From contig JANJGN010000016.1 in the NCBI GenBank assembly GCA_026770705.1, positions 118,234,001 through 118,298,000 of the forward strand: DNA of 64,000 nucleotides. The letters are read 5' to 3'. The position numbers and the translations under genes were made by a program. Shown piece after piece: positions 12,311-26,330 of the stretch; the first letter of the stretch is position 1; each line of letters starts with the position of its first letter. The notes beneath the pieces are model-generated. The model ran no database searches and was not told where the DNA came from. It saw nothing but the letters and a program-made list of their open reading frames with translations. This DNA comes from Isurus oxyrinchus. Taxonomy: Eukaryota.

Positions 12311-13949
12311 AAGCTGAACATTTTGTTCTTTGGTGAGTGTCAAGCAAAATTACATTGAATTGTCCCCTGTAGTCCAAGTTCACCAATTGGACCATTCTTG
12401 GGCAGTGTAAAGGGCGACATATTCTGTATTACTCATGCTGTATTTGACCTGGAAGTGCTTGAAGCTGATTGAGTGAAAATAATTGAACAGTGCTCAATGT
12501 CCCAAGTTGCCTGCAAAAAAAAAGAATCTTACTGTCATCTCCCATCTCCAAACAGACCCCTGCTCAACACTACATTTCAATATTTATTTGGAGAAACTAT
12601 AGAAAATGATATTATTATTACTAACTGTAATGCTAAATTAAGATGCTAATGCATTACAAAAGACGAGGCCTAAGACTTTGGCATCTAAAATATATATCCA
12701 GAGGAACTATGAGTGGCAAAGAATCTCAAAAAGGAAGTGAAGAAGCAAGGCTGAATGGGAAGGATCACTAATTTATGGCACTCAACTTTATCCCAAAAAG
12801 CCAAAGCCAATGAGGCCTAAATTCATGCATATGTCCCAATAAAAAGAGCTTTTAAAACCTTAGCCCTTCATCATGAATATCTTTCCCACTTGCATCAAAT
12901 TTTACAATAATATTACAATGTTATAAAATGTAATTTAATAACTGAATAAAAGATCTATTCCTATTTAAATACTGCATTGCAGTGGTGGAATACCTATGCA
13001 TATTGACGTACTGTTCAGATGTGTTTTCCAAACAACAGAATTCAGGCCAAAAAACAAAAAGCAATCTACCTCAAAATTGTTCCTGTGCCTTCATAATCAA
13101 ATCAACATAATATTATATGATTCACATGATGAAGAAACTGATATTTAGAAGTTTGTGACCAGTGATATGGAAGGCTTTTACATTGATAAAATTGTTGAGC
13201 AAATTACATTATTCTATTGCCAGTCAACATGGTGAACTCAAACCTAAATGGCCAAAGATTGTTGAACATATGAGATATCCAAGTTACCAATTTGGCATTA
13301 GACTTCAGATAGTAAAAAGCTTTTGTGCCAATGGAGATATTTTCTGAATAGGATGTTGAAACATTAGTGAAGAGTTTTCTTGTAGATGGACTATCACTTA
13401 TCAAGCGGATATCATACTCTTCCTATGAAGTTACAAACTCTCACTGAAGGAGTGAGAAATGTTGTATTTTATCTTTTTAAGTATTTTATCCTTATTCAGT
13501 GATTTGCCTGATAGTTTCCAGTTTAACCTTTATGGCTTTGCTGAAAACATTTTGAATGCTTTTAGCCATTAGGTCCTTCTATGAACAAAATTTGAATTTT
13601 GAAAATTTGGCTTTTAAGGGATGAAGGAATATATTACTAGCTTCTGCATTGCTTGTGGCTATTTCAGCGATTATTTGAATCCATGTTATAAAGTGTGGAT
13701 ATTGTAATTTTCAGATATTTAAAATAACCCACACAAAGCATAATTTCCACCTAAGGCATAATGTTCTGAGACCACGTAACATGGCGAGGCCTCACACAGG
13801 GTGGATAGTGTTGCCAATATCTTGTTCATGGCTCATATGTTTGAGAATATACGTTTTAGTTTTAGACTATAGCTTGTAGTTTTAAGAATCAAAGTTTCAA
13901 CTGTAGAAATTGGTTGAATACAATATAAACAAGCCAGGAGGTAGGTCAT

Positions 13950-14755
13950 AATTTTTTTCATATTCATTCAAGGATGTAGGCCTCGCTGGCAAGGCCAGCA
14001 TTTAATACCCACCCCTAATTGCCCTTGACAGGGTGGTAGTGAGCTGGCTTCTTAAACTGCTGCAGTCCTTGTGGTGTAGGTGCACCCACAGTTTTGTTAG
14101 GGAGGGAGTTCCAGGGTTCTGCTCCAGCAACAGTGAAGGAACGGCGATATATTTCCAAATCAGGATGATGTGTGGCTTGGAGGGGAACTCCCAGGAACTT
14201 CCGTGTGCCTCCTGTCCTTATCCTTCTAGATGGTAGAGGTTGTGGGTTTGGGTGGTGCTGTCTGAGGAGTCTCGTTGAGGTGCTGCAGTTGCTGCAGCAT
14301 CTTGTAGATGCTACACACTGCTGCCACTGTGCTTTGGTGGTGGAAGGAGTGAACGTTTGTGGATGGGGTGCCAATTAAGTGGGCTGCTTTGTCCTGGATG
14401 GTATCAAACTTCTTGAATGTTGTTGGAGCTGTACTTATCCAGGCAAGTGGAGAGTATTTCTTCACACTCCTGACTTGTGCCTTGTAGATGGTGGATAGGC
14501 TTTGGGGAGTCAGGAGGTGAGTTACTCAGTGAGGATTCCTAGCCTCTGACCTGTTCCTGTAGCCATAGTTTTTATATGACTAGTCCAGTTCAGTTTCTGG
14601 TCAATGTTAACACCCCCGGGATGTTAACAGTGGGGAATTCAGTGATGGTAATGCCATTGAATGGCAAGTGGCGATCGTTAGATTCTCTCATGTTGGAGAT
14701 GGTCATTGCCCGGCACTTGTGTGGTGCAAATGTTTCTTTCTACTTGTCAGCCCAA
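13950..14755 (-). mobile_element. CR1-like LINE 3' fragment (RT C-terminal region and 3' UTR)
   Basis: ORF 14226-14465 KYSPLAWISTAPTTFKKFDTIQDKAAHLIG; co-linear with 61795-62600. Confidence 0.8.
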
Positions 14756-15045
14756 AAATAGATGATAGAAGTGTTAAAGCCATAAAACGGCAGGTGGAGG
14801 ACAATGCATGACCTAACTGAACACAGAAACAACAATGGAAACAGAAAAGGGAAACGTTGAAAGGAAACTGACCCTCCTTGTTTCTAAGGTAACAGAAACT
14901 GAACTGAGGTTTGGAAACCAAAACCTCTGGGCAGATTGAACCTGAGTGAAAGATATGAAAGGACAAAAAGATCAATCTGAGTAGTCATTGCGGTTTGGAC
15001 CTGGTCTGTTTGCCACTCGCTGAGAGATAGCCAAAGTAAATGATA

Positions 15046-15215
15046 AAAACAAAGAGAACTGCGGATGCTGGAAATCCAAAACAAAAACAGAATTACCTGG
15101 AAAAACTCAGCAGGTCTGGCAGCATCAAGAATCAAGTTTTGTCGAAGGGTCATGAAGACTCGAAACGTCAACTCTTTTCTTCTCCGCCGATGCTGCCAGA
15201 CCTGCTGAGTTTTTT
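15046..15215. mobile_element. Young Neptune-like Penelope fold-back mini-element; left arm lacks the hammerhead, right arm has it at 15135-15173
   Basis: 14-bp TSD caaagtaaatgata at 15032-15045 and 15216-15229. Arms are near-identical to the termini of 42722-47090. Confidence 0.85.
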
Positions 15216-16149
15216 CAAAGTAAATGATAGTTAGCTAGGCCTGTGCTATAGCAGAGCAAGAAACTAACTCCATTATTCACCATGTGGAATGCAGGTAAGG
15301 CTGAATCTCAGTTTGAATTTTGTGAGGGAACTGAAGCTGGAACATTAGTTTGAAACTAGTGGAAGAATCTATATTAGTTCCCACAGAGGCAAAGATAGCA
15401 ACCCACAGATCAGCTTAGAACTATTGGAAAAGTAACCAGATCAAGGGACTGAGACATCCTCAGTCAGGAGATGGTAAATGGAAATTTTACCTTAGGGAAT
15501 AGCTGGAGCAGAGGAGAGTCTCCAGAGAACTGTGGCAAACTTATTGGATTTATGTGTTGCATTAGAGAATTCTTGGGAGAAGTAAGGAGGAAACCTGAGT
15601 GCATAACATATACGTAGTTATAAACCATATTGTTAAGCCAATAGTAGTGCTTGTTTGTTCAAGTCTTTTTTTTTAAATAAAGTTTGTGTTTTTGTTTCAA
15701 AAACATTAAATGTTGTGGAGTAATTGTATTGGTTAAAACAAGGTGTTCAGATTTCTCTTGAAATGTTAATGATCCCTAACTGGATTGTAACAAAATCTCA
15801 AACTAGAGGTGATCAATCATTTTCTGATAGTTTATTCACACTCAAAGGTTCAGCCCATCTTTGTAACCACCATTATACATTTTGAATTAATTTTGATGTT
15901 GTTTTATGCTCTTATGGCATTCTTATATTAGGAAAGACGCACCCAGATCTAATCATCTTGTTCCACTATAATTGTGTCACATTTTCTACATCCAAAATGG
16001 CTCTTTTTAGTGGCAAATACCTTTTGGTATGCATAGGTGGTTGCTTGAACTCTCTCCTTGCATCTTTACTGTACTCAGTCACTGTTTCCTCCCTTCTCAA
16101 TCATCTGCCCAAACCTATTTATCAGAAGGAAAGCAGTTTAACTAAATAA

Positions 16150-17020
16150 GTGGGGAATAATGGCCAACCCAATCAGATCATTGCTTGCTGTTTATTGCAC
16201 ATACTCATGAATGGACCAAAGACCGCCATTTATTTCTTGGACTTCAAAAGTGCCTCGTCTACCTCAGATTACCCTGGAAGGGTAAGATATTTCAAAAATT
16301 TGAGCAACAAATGAAGCTAGCAGTTTCATGCTGATACTGTGCTGGAGCAACGCAAGTGGCATTATCCACTAACAGGATGCTGCCGTCAAGCCAAAAAGTA
16401 GTTCAGCATATCACATAAATGAGTAATGCGGGATATGAATTTCAGTGCCAGTGCGATTCCAGGTGTGTAGGCCACATGTTTCAAAGACTGACGGATTGTA
16501 TCAAACTGCATATCCCTTCAGGTGTTTGCAATGGCATATTAAGCATACTCAACCAGCCCTTGCCTGCACAACTTACCATATTGAGTCTACTATTAGATGT
16601 GATTCTGCGATTGGTCAGCAGTTGTTGGACAATCCTGAGTGTGCTAAGAATTATACTAACAGTCAATTTAAGATTATCAGTCAGGTTCACAATGTGGCTC
16701 ACTTATGCTTGCTAGAAGCTACGTATATTCATATGCAGGGACCTATCCTCTGCAGACAAAAGGAACTTGTTCAGGATTGCGCCTTTTTTGAATTAAATAA
16801 AAGTCTGGGGGACAGTAGCTCTTTGGTGCATTCTCCATGGCAGCGCCTCGGCCAGAGTCGACTTGCCAACCAATCAGCACCCTTTTGTCATGCCGTATAA
16901 ATTGTTGCCACCTTTGAAATTTGGCATTCTTGCATCTGTCCTGATGAGTTCAAGAGATAAAGCTTTGACAGAAAGTCTCTTTCTTCGGCAATACTCAAGT
17001 TCTGCAATTCCAAGCAACTA
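16150..17020 (+). mobile_element. Penelope-like element 3' fragment (Poseidon-like): GIY-YIG endonuclease remnant plus hammerhead-bearing terminal repeat
   Basis: ORF 16419 SNAGYEFQCQCDSRCVGHMFQRLTDCIKLHIP is a degenerate VVY.F.C.C...YVG.T.QRL..RI..H GIY-YIG. AIGQQLLDNPEC and LEATYI follow, then tgtcCTGATGAG...AAAGCTTTGACA at ~16937-16970. Confidence 0.8.
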
Positions 17021-17115
17021 GAACTTAAAAACGAAATGAAAGTAGATAATTGTTTGTGCTTGGATATACCTTAGCTTTCATTTTTATTTTGGTAACCTGG
17101 GCAGTAAATTTAGAT

Positions 17116-17348
17116 AAAAACAAAAAAACTGCGGATGCTGGAAATCCAAAACAAAAACAGAATTACCTGGAAAAACTCAGCAGGTCTGGCAGCATCGGCG
17201 GAGAAGAAAAGAGTTGATGTTTCGAGTCCTCATGACCCTTCGACAGAACAAGTTCTGTCGAAGGGTCATGAGGACTCAAAACGTCAATTCTTTTCTTCTC
17301 CGCCGATGCTACCAGACCTGCTGAGTTTTTCCAGGTAATTCTGTTTTT
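17116..17348. mobile_element. Young Neptune-like Penelope fold-back mini-element: 98-bp near-perfect palindrome of two hammerhead-bearing arms plus a one-sided tail
   Basis: Stem 17152-17249 / 17252-17349 with a 2-nt loop. 15-bp TSD gcagtaaatttagat at 17101-17115 and 17349-17363. Confidence 0.9.
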
Positions 17349-18189
17349 GCAGTAAATTTAGATGCCCGGACTTTTCTTGTGGGCCCCAGAGGAGCTCCCC
17401 TGTTTTCATTCAAAACTTTCTTTTTGGGGCCTCCATTTCATTGCCAGGTTTCACCAAATAAAGGACTTCAATTTGCATGTGTCAGTGAAGGTATCACCTG
17501 AGTTAGGTAGGCTGTCTTAAAGAAGAACCCAGTTATGGAGGAGGCTGCGAGGAATGGTGCAGACAGTTGTTAGAGGTCATTTGAACTGTGTGGCTGCTCC
17601 ATTTTTGCCACCAGGTTAAAATCATTCTCACAATATAACTGATTACCATTCTGAAATTGAAAAGCACATTAGAAATGTGTCCTGCAGCTGAAGAAGCCTG
17701 AACAACAAAAGCATATATGCTTAATGTGAGTTTCAAATTTAGATGTAAACAATTAAATATATTTAATTAAAGGAAACCAGATGGTTAAATGGTAGCTAAT
17801 GTTTTACTAATTTATAAGATTCAGATAACTGACCCTGTTTACATGTCAGTCACGTTGTGGAATCATTCTGGGGGATTGTAGCAATGACAGGCACTGTTAA
17901 CTAATCGTACACGTATTTCAGGAGGCAATTTATATAACGGAAATTGATCCTGTAACAGATATTTAGGAATAAAAACTCCCAGAGGTTTGTTTTTTTCACC
18001 AAAGCATATAATGAAAAAACCCTAAAAAGTGCCTTAACTATGTCATCAACATGAAGTTTTCAGCAATTGGACTGAACTCCAGGGAACAGGAAAAACTAAT
18101 GCTAAAAATCATGCTTACATAAATGGCTCATTAGAAATTGTAGGCTTCAGTTGCCAAGGCCACATCTGAGACCCAACATGTCAGGAAGT

Positions 18190-19320
18190 TAAAAGACTTT
18201 CCTTTAGAATTGCATGTGTGGGTTATGGGGGTGCGGGTAGAGGGCTAAAAGCATGAGGTAACACGAACCATGGCCACTCGCAACTATCCAGACCCTCGTG
18301 CTGGACATCTCGATATACTGCATGGGAGTTAGGTCATCGAGGGTGGGCATTCCCGTCATCAGGAATGTTCTCAGCAACACTGGTTGCAATGGCCTCAGTC
18401 ACAGCCGGCTCTGTGATGGGGAGCACTGTCTCGAGAGAAGATTCAGAAGATACAGTGATGTGTGTCACACATTCTGTGCTGCTCCCTGCGGTTATGGGCC
18501 CTCTTATCCTGCAAGAAAGAGGAAAAAGTGTCAGTGAGCATGTTGTAATATGTTTGGGTGATGTGCCTGCCATGCTGAATAGCTGGAGGTATGTAATAAC
18601 AGTGAAGGTGGGTGTGAGACTACTAGCTTTGTAAAGTGTGTGAGAATGAGGTAGAGTATCTTAATGTTAGGCACGAGTCCTTAATGCTGATAGGCAGCTG
18701 ATGGGACTATGGTGTATTAAACAGCAAGAGGTTGATTGGGTGGCAGGTAGGAAATAGCCTTTGAAGATGCATTCACTGATCTGAACCAATGATCTGAGAT
18801 CATTGAAGTTTTGCCAGCATTGTAACCAGCTCTTTGAGGCCAGACTCTGGGGATTGAGGTCCCTGACCAGATGCTCCTATTCCTTTCTGAGGGTGTACCT
18901 TGAGGGCTTCCAGCCCCCTTGTGCTACCTCCCTCTTCCTTTCCACCTCCATCATCAAGATTTCCAGCACTGCACCTGCAAACCTGGGAGCCCTTTCCCTG
19001 GCCTGTTTCTCCAATTGCTGTCCCTTACCTTCCAGGCAAGCCTTCTTGAAACTCCTGTTGCATGAATATAGCTCCCTTTTAAGATAGGTAGACTGCCTTT
19101 AAGAGATCCAGGCTAGCTGTGCTTTGTGCTGGCTTTGCATGCTGCTGGAACCCCTACTGACCTTGCAGCCAGTCAGCAGCACACATCGCACAGAACTGCA
19201 CTCTATAACCACTGAAATGAGCAGGGAGCACAAAGTTTGTGTGTGGCCTACCTCAGTGCGACCAGGCATGGGCTAACCATACATTGCTAACCCTTTGGCA
19301 GTAAGTGGGTTTCACTGAAC
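18190..19320 (-). mobile_element. Harbinger Myb/SANT-ORF remnant
   Basis: - strand near 18790-18850 gives KSWLQCWQNFNDL (RTW.QCRKKFNDL-like) and near 18990 ERAPRFAGAVLEIL. Boundaries approximate. Confidence 0.55.
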
Positions 19321-19959
19321 ATGTCTCCAAAGTCTTTTTGATACAAAGGGTGTTTGGACATATATGGGTGTATGTGAGCACCCCAAGAGTTATCCAAAAA
19401 GGCAATTAGAGAGGATGCAGAGAGCTAGAGACATATGTGCAATGTAAGCTAGATACAGACCGACATTAACATGCGTAGGAACAAAGGAACAGTGGTAGGC
19501 CATTAAATCCCTCGAGCCTGCTTCATCATTCATTTAGATCGTGGATGATATTCAAGTACTTTTTGGACATACAAGAAGTTTCCCGGAGAATATAAGAAGT
19601 GAAGTTTGAACCAGATCTCTTTCAAAATATAGCTGCCAATGTAGAAGATAGATCCACCCAGGAACAATCAAAAAGGAACAGATATCACAGCTGAAGATGG
19701 AGGTGCCATTCCAGCAGGCTGACACCATCATCTTGGAGGAAGAGGAATAACTCAATTAACTCTACTATGCGGAGGTTGTATAAGTGTCTTAAATTATTGA
19801 TAAAGCTTTGAGCATGTCTGCAGTAAGTTAAACTAATTAGGCTGCTAATATATCCAATCAGCTTACTATCAAATGTGCTGAATTGTCAAGGCTATAAGCA
19901 GCCTAACCATAATCTAATCTCACCAGCTTTATATAAATTGTATCTTAAGAAAACTTGCA

Positions 19960-20410
19960 TTAAGGAAAGCCTAGTAAGCCAACAAGCTCAGTTATTTTTG
20001 TTAGATCAATCCCACCTATCCACCTTCTAACTATATCCCTCAATCCCTTCAGAAACCCATCTAATTGTATATTGACCCCAAATGATGGTCTGTTTAAATT
20101 GAATACCTGATGCATGATTCCATAAGTCCTTTGGCCTTTGGATAAAGAAATCCTGCCTGACATGACCTTTTACTTCTAACTTTTTTATACCTTATGTCCC
20201 CCGGTATTTAAAATATTCAGCAGAGCGAACAACTTTTCCTGGATCAACCACTTCAATTTCTTTCAAAATCTGAAAAAATACAATTAGGTCACCTTGAAAC
20301 CTTCTCTTTTCCCAAAAGAAAATCAGCCCAACATCTTAAGCCTCTCTGTGACTTAAATTGTTGATACCCAGAATCCTTTCTGTAATGACTCAAGGGCAAT
20401 TATATCTCTT
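19960..20410 (-). mobile_element. Old CR1 3' fragment
   Basis: Degenerate similarity to the CR1 3' ends at 38200-38600 and 30850-31280. Confidence 0.45.
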
Positions 20411-23049
20411 TTAAGATAGTGAACAATATAACTTCAGTATAAAATGACTAAATATTTTTAAAGCAACAATAGTAAGTGCAGAAATAAAATGAAATGAAGT
20501 CCAATGTTCTTTGCATTCGTGCAATAAAATTATAGGTATGAAATATAAATATGTATCCTTAAATAATGGAAAATGTCATCTCATACAGAATTATCCAACA
20601 TCTGTTTAGACACCTTAAAATTACAGGTGCAGTTGTTCATTGGTTAATGGGACTAAAGAAAAGCTATGAATACAGCTACACTGATTTATTATGTAAAATA
20701 TTTTGAATGTGAAAACTTTTAAGATAATTCATGCAGATACAAATTACACACTCAAGGAAAAATTTGGGTTAGCAAAGATGAATGGCAGGCTTAGATGTGG
20801 ATTGGAATAAAGAGATATACCATGGTGATAGCTTTTCAGAAAACATAGTTCTCAAGTTTAGACATTTACTGAGACCCATTTCTTTTGTATGTCATGGTAA
20901 CTGCATGAAGCCTTCAAAGCACATTTGCCTGCTGCTGAGAGGCTCACTCATTAATAAAACCTATTTATAGAAAAATTCTCATGATTATATTTATAAAAAT
21001 TCTTTCATGTACCATTATGGTCCAAAACACTAGTTCAGGAATACAAACATTGTAATGTTCTCATTTTAAAATCCTGCCCTTTGTATTAATAAACAGAATT
21101 AAACTCTATGAACAATCACTGCATCATGCGTGTTTCTGACCTTGGGCTGTCAGAAAGTTTTCAAACTATTTTGTGATGGTAATTTTAAAATGCTAAAGAT
21201 GAAGATGGAGTTCTGTACAGGGCATTGGTCTTACCTGTCGGTCAGAATCCATAATTTATATTTTGTCCTTTTTATGATGCAATTACATTCAAGCAGCTTA
21301 CACAAAATTTTAATAAGGATTCTCAAACATGGTACCTTATTTCCCTTTCACCTTTTTACCCTTAATTGGAAATGTGCAGATCACTAATTGAGGCATGCTT
21401 AGTGAGCATCTTACTCAGGAGATTTACTGTGATTGATGTGGTGTAGGAATTCATTTGGGTTCTGTCTAATTGCTGAATCTTCCTTTTAAATCTGATTCAT
21501 TACCCTGGGAAAACCATGGTGCTTTCTGACTGCAACATAATTTCCAGAATAATGCAGTAGTATTAGTTGTCATAGTTTTGATGCCTTGTAAGCTATTTAT
21601 GCTAATTAGAACAATGAACATCTATTTCAAATGATTCGAGGACTCGTTTTGCTCTCTATTATTACTTTATATATGATAATAGAACTGAAAAGACTAACAG
21701 CAGATATATCTTTTGTTCTGTTTTAGTACTTTGATATCCACAGAGGTTAAGTATAGTGAGGATAACATGCAATGTAATCTGGCCTTTTACTTACAAGGTT
21801 GAAGGCTGTCTAACTAATTAGCATTATAGACACAAGGATTATTCTGATCCATCGTGTTAGTAAAGTAAAATATAAATTACATGGATATCATCATAAACAA
21901 TTGATATGTTGCCCTTTTTTTAATGTATTTTGTGCCAAATATGGACTTGAAATAGTTTTTCTGATTTGATGTTCACTGCCCAACTAATTTGCTACTGGGC
22001 ATTTACCCACTTTTTCATCTTATCTATTTGAGTTGGATTTGAATCCTGTCCCTAGAAGATAAAGGACACAATCCTAATTTACTGGCTCCTAGTATTTTAG
22101 TTTTTTGTTGCAGAATGACAGTATAAGCTGCTTATTTCACTAACATTCGCCTCACTAAACCAGGGTTAGCAGTGACTATATCATGCTACAGTACCTTCCA
22201 GTGTAGGGAACCTTTAAGCATAGACTGTAGATGTAATGTGTGTACTTGCATTTTGCATTGATAAGCTTTAGTAACAGTACAACCTACTACACGACACTGA
22301 TATAGTTCTCTAAAATAAAATGTATTGGCAACATTGGAAGAGTGCGCAATTAAGATGCAAAATTGATTGTTTTATAACCACTAATTACGAACAAAATTCC
22401 TCTGTTTGAGTGAGCTGTCATGGGATTTTGTGCAGACACGTGCATAACAAGGCACTGTAATTGTGTACTTGCCTATCATTGCTATAGAAATTAGTTAATT
22501 GAATCCCAGTTGATGTCATTTTCAATTTGCCAGCCCAAGAAACAACAGACAGCATGCTGACGAATTCACATCAATTTAGTTTTACATATAGAAGTATTTA
22601 AGGTGGACAGTTTTGCATAAAAAACCTAGTGACTACTTTAATTGTAATGAGAAGAAGGAAAATAAATTCTGCTCAAAGGTGGTAGCTAGACTTTTTGATG
22701 GAAGGTAGGCTAGTATGGATGAAATCAATGTTATGTTGACAAAATAACTTTAAGAGAAGTTAAACCATGCAAGATTATTTTGAGCACCGTATGGTTTCAC
22801 CCTTCTTGTTTCCCCTTTAAAATATTCTCACTCTAATGCTCATCCAAGCCCCACCCAAGATTCTCATTGAATATTCCTCAATCCTTTATTCCCTGTGTCC
22901 CTGCCCTGAGTGACTTTCAATGTCCAACTCTTTGCTCTTGCTCCTCTAATCTCACTGCCCTTCTGTCTTATTTTAATCTCTCACTCCACATAAACATTCG
23001 TACTCTTATTTAACACCAGTCCCTTCACCTTTCCAACTTCTGTGTCCCC

Positions 23050-23315
23050 TGTTGTAAGGTGTTTGGCACAGTTTAGCAGGTCCTATTAAGGTATTCGTAG
23101 TCTTAGGTATATCATCAGTAGGTATTTCTTAACTACTAGAAACTATATACACAGGTACAGTAAAGGTCCAAGCTAGGAATTGCTTGCTTCTACAACATGG
23201 CTCTGTCCAACATTACACTGACCCCTAGGTGTGGTCATGTGTTCTCTTCCATCACTGTGTGGGCAGTACTGTACTCAGTCTCATGTCCCTTTATGTGCTA
23301 GACCCTTATACGACA
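23050..23315. mobile_element. Solo LTR (266 bp)
   Basis: TGTTGTAAGG...CCTTATACGACA inverted termini with 5-bp TSD TCCCC at 23045-23049 and 23316-23320. Confidence 0.75.
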
Positions 23316-24829
23316 TCCCCTTATTCCCATTATCTCAGTCACAGGAAAGACATTCCTAACTCCCAGTCACTTAAATTAGAACTTTCAAATTCCATCTCTC
23401 TAGTCCTCGGTCCTCCTTTTTCACCATACTTTTGCAACTGTCAATCTGTTCATTCACATTCTCACCTCCGCATTTGATGCCATTATCCCTAGCAAAGCTG
23501 CTACTCCCTCCCAACCTGGTTGCTGCCCCTGTCTGCTGCCATCACCTTTCCTGAATTAAGCTAAGAGATGCAGACATCAATGTTTATGGGTTTAGTAATT
23601 CATCTCCAGATCTGGCTGGATGTCATTGAGCACATTCAGGTCCTGCTTTCTTCTGCCAAAAATGTTTTTGTTATTCAATCTCGAATTATAGCCTCCTTCT
23701 GTGCTGTAACCATTCTATGATATGAGTCTCATTACTAGTAATCTTTTAGGAAACTGTAGAGACCTTAAAGAGGGAACAGGCTTTGTATGATTTTTAATTC
23801 CACTTTTAACTGTACTTTCTCAGAACAGTGTTATTTTTAATAGGAAGTTTATCAAAGTTCCAGCTTTTCAATTCATTTTCCTGACATAGCTGGCATTTTT
23901 TGATAATCCCTACATGCTTTTGAGAAGGTGGTGGTGAGCCGTCTCCTTGAACCACTCTACCCTATGTGGTGATGGTGCTCCCACAATGCTGTTCGACCGG
24001 TACTCTCAGGATTTTGATACAGCAGTGATGAAAAAATGGCAATATATTCCAAGTCAGATCGCCACGTGACTTGGAGATAATGATACTCCTGTGCGCCTGC
24101 TGCCCTTGTCCTTCTAGGTATTTGAGATTGTGGGTTTGGGAGATACAATTGATAAAGCCTTGACAGTTGCTGCAGTGCACTTCTCCCTGTTCCAGGATCA
24201 TCGTAGAATACAACAATTCCCAACTTCTTTTTTCCACTGCCAACCACCCACTTCATCCCTCTTTCCCATCTCTCCTATCCCTCCGCCTCCCCCCACAACA
24301 AGTACAAGAAGCACATGGACTTCTTTGCCACTAAGATTGCAACCATTTGTCCAGCTGCTTCTGCTGCTTCCCTCCCTTCCCCTAGCAAACAAAATCAAGA
24401 TTCCCCTTGCCCTAGCCCTGAACCCAAATATTCCTTTTAACTTTCTATTATCTTCCCATATTGTCCTCTCTAAGCTGGTGCTGTCTTGATGCTATTTCTA
24501 TGAAACTGCTGACCACTCAACTTATCTTCCTGGCCCCTGGGTTGGCTGATTTTAAATAGTTCTTCCTCAGCAGATACCATCCCTTTCAAATCTGCTGTCA
24601 GCAGTCCTCTCTTCAAGAAAACACCCTTGTGCTTGCAAACCACCACCCCATCACCAATGTCCCTTTCTGCCCAAAGTCCTTGTCTGTGTCATAACCTCTC
24701 AATCCATATTCATTCTCCTCTCAGCTCTACTTTTGAACCTCGCCAATCAGGTTTCCACCCCTACCACAGCTTTGAAACATTTCTAATCAAAGACACAAAT
24801 GACACCCTGTATGACAGTTCTAGTGATAT

Positions 24830-26330
24830 TGTTGTGCTATCCATATGTAACACACATAAGGTACGTGGATTCTGTTTACTTGAGGGTCTCTGGTTGGTTC
24901 ATTTACTGATAAGTACAAGCAATAGAGCAATCTCTAGACATGTCTAGCGTACCACAGTGCAGAGAGAGAGCATGGCTCCTGGTCATATGATGACAGACAA
25001 GTACCTACCTCAGCTGCCTGTTGAGCTTCTTAAAGGGACATCACTCTTAAAGCAATATTACAACTTCCCCTTTTTTTCTAAAGATAAATCTTGTATTTTA
25101 CAAGTGGGACACATAGGAAGTGAGTAATAGCGAACTTAGCTATAGCTATACAGAGATAGGGATTGTAAGCTTTACAAGTACAGAAATAATGAATGTAAAA
25201 CTTATGAGTTTGGAAGTCTAGGAGCCCATATATCATTTCAGTGTTTTGACAACTCTTCCAGATCTTGTATGGAGTAATGATCTGGAGATGTGGGTTTTAC
25301 CTTTGGCTGTTTTTGATTTGCAGTTGTGTTGTTGGTGTGTTGGTTGTTGTCCTGTATTTCTATCCAATAATTATTGTCTGGTGTGTTGTTTCATATTGGC
25401 TATGCACAATTGGCGTCTTGTGCATTTCTCTTAGCTGGCTTCTGTTCCTCCTCAACGTTGCTCCATTGGGTGTTGTGACTTCGTAGACCTGGGCTCACTG
25501 CACACTTTGGATACCTCTATGGGTAACCATGTTCCCATTGTGGCGTGTGTGACCCTGGCCTTTTGTCCTATGTGTAGCTGAGGTAGTTCCACACCTGCCA
25601 GTCATGCATCATCTTCATCTCTTGTTTTTTGAGAAGTGCATTTTACATCTTGGAGGATTTGGATAGGTGATGGTTTGGCAAGATCGTTCACACCTGCCTT
25701 CCAAACATGACCTCTGCTGGCGATGGTAAACCCAGCTCCAGAGGTGTAACTCGGAGGTGTAACATGGCAACACAAAAATCTTGTTTTGTTGTCCTGCACT
25801 TCAGGATAAGTGATGTGAGGGTGTGGACCATCTGCCCGGCAAGACTGTTAGATCGGGGGTAGTGTGGTGAGGCCATCACATGGTTCATGTCCCATTTGGC
25901 ACTTATGTCCCTGAAAGGTCTGCCCCTATACTGTGGCCCATTGTCCAAAATAATTTCAGCAAGTGCACTGAACAGACTAAATATTGCATCCAATATGTCT
26001 GCCATGGACACACTTGACTGCCTTGCCTACCTGACAGTTGGAAAATTAGAGAAGTAATCGGTGACTAAAATAAAGTCGTCTCCATTTATGGTAAATAGAT
26101 TGTTGGTGATTTTGGACCAAGGAACCGGTGGAACCTCATGAGAGTATAGAGGTTCTTTACATTGCTGTGGCTGGTGTTCCTCGCACATCCTCACTAACTT
26201 GTCAATGTCACCGCTAACCCCAGGCCAATAGACTGTATCACGTGCCAATCGTCTTGTCAGCTCTATGCCCATATGTCCTTGGTGTAGTTGTGACAATATG
26301 TCCTGTCAGAGAACTTCCAGCACAAGTACC
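24830..26330 (-). mobile_element. Gypsy LTR retrotransposon 3' fragment: integrase remnant, polypurine tract and 3' LTR (24830-25062)
   Basis: ORFs LHQGHMGIELTRRLARDTVYWPG (integrase H2C2 region) and DNGPQY...SPHYPRSNSLA (rve core). Polypurine tract tagaaaaaaaggggaagt abuts TG at 25062 on the - strand. Confidence 0.85.

Larger units (their letters stand above)
13762..15792 (+). mobile_element. Probable solo LTR, interrupted by a LINE and a Penelope mini-element
   Basis: Starts tgttctgagacc and ends ggattgtaaca (TG...CA), with AATAAA near 15676. No clean TSD, so the left boundary is uncertain. Confidence 0.35.

Noticed and set aside
13386-13451. Possible 66-nt exon (ttttcttgtag...GA|gtgag)
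   Set aside because: In the phase-1 frame required by KCNT2 it contains TGA, and it has no similarity to the channel.
17135-17338. Recurrent 67-aa ORF MLEIQNKNRITWKNSAG... (also 59934-60137)
   Set aside because: By-product of the palindromic non-coding Penelope repeat; recurrence reflects copy number, not a gene.
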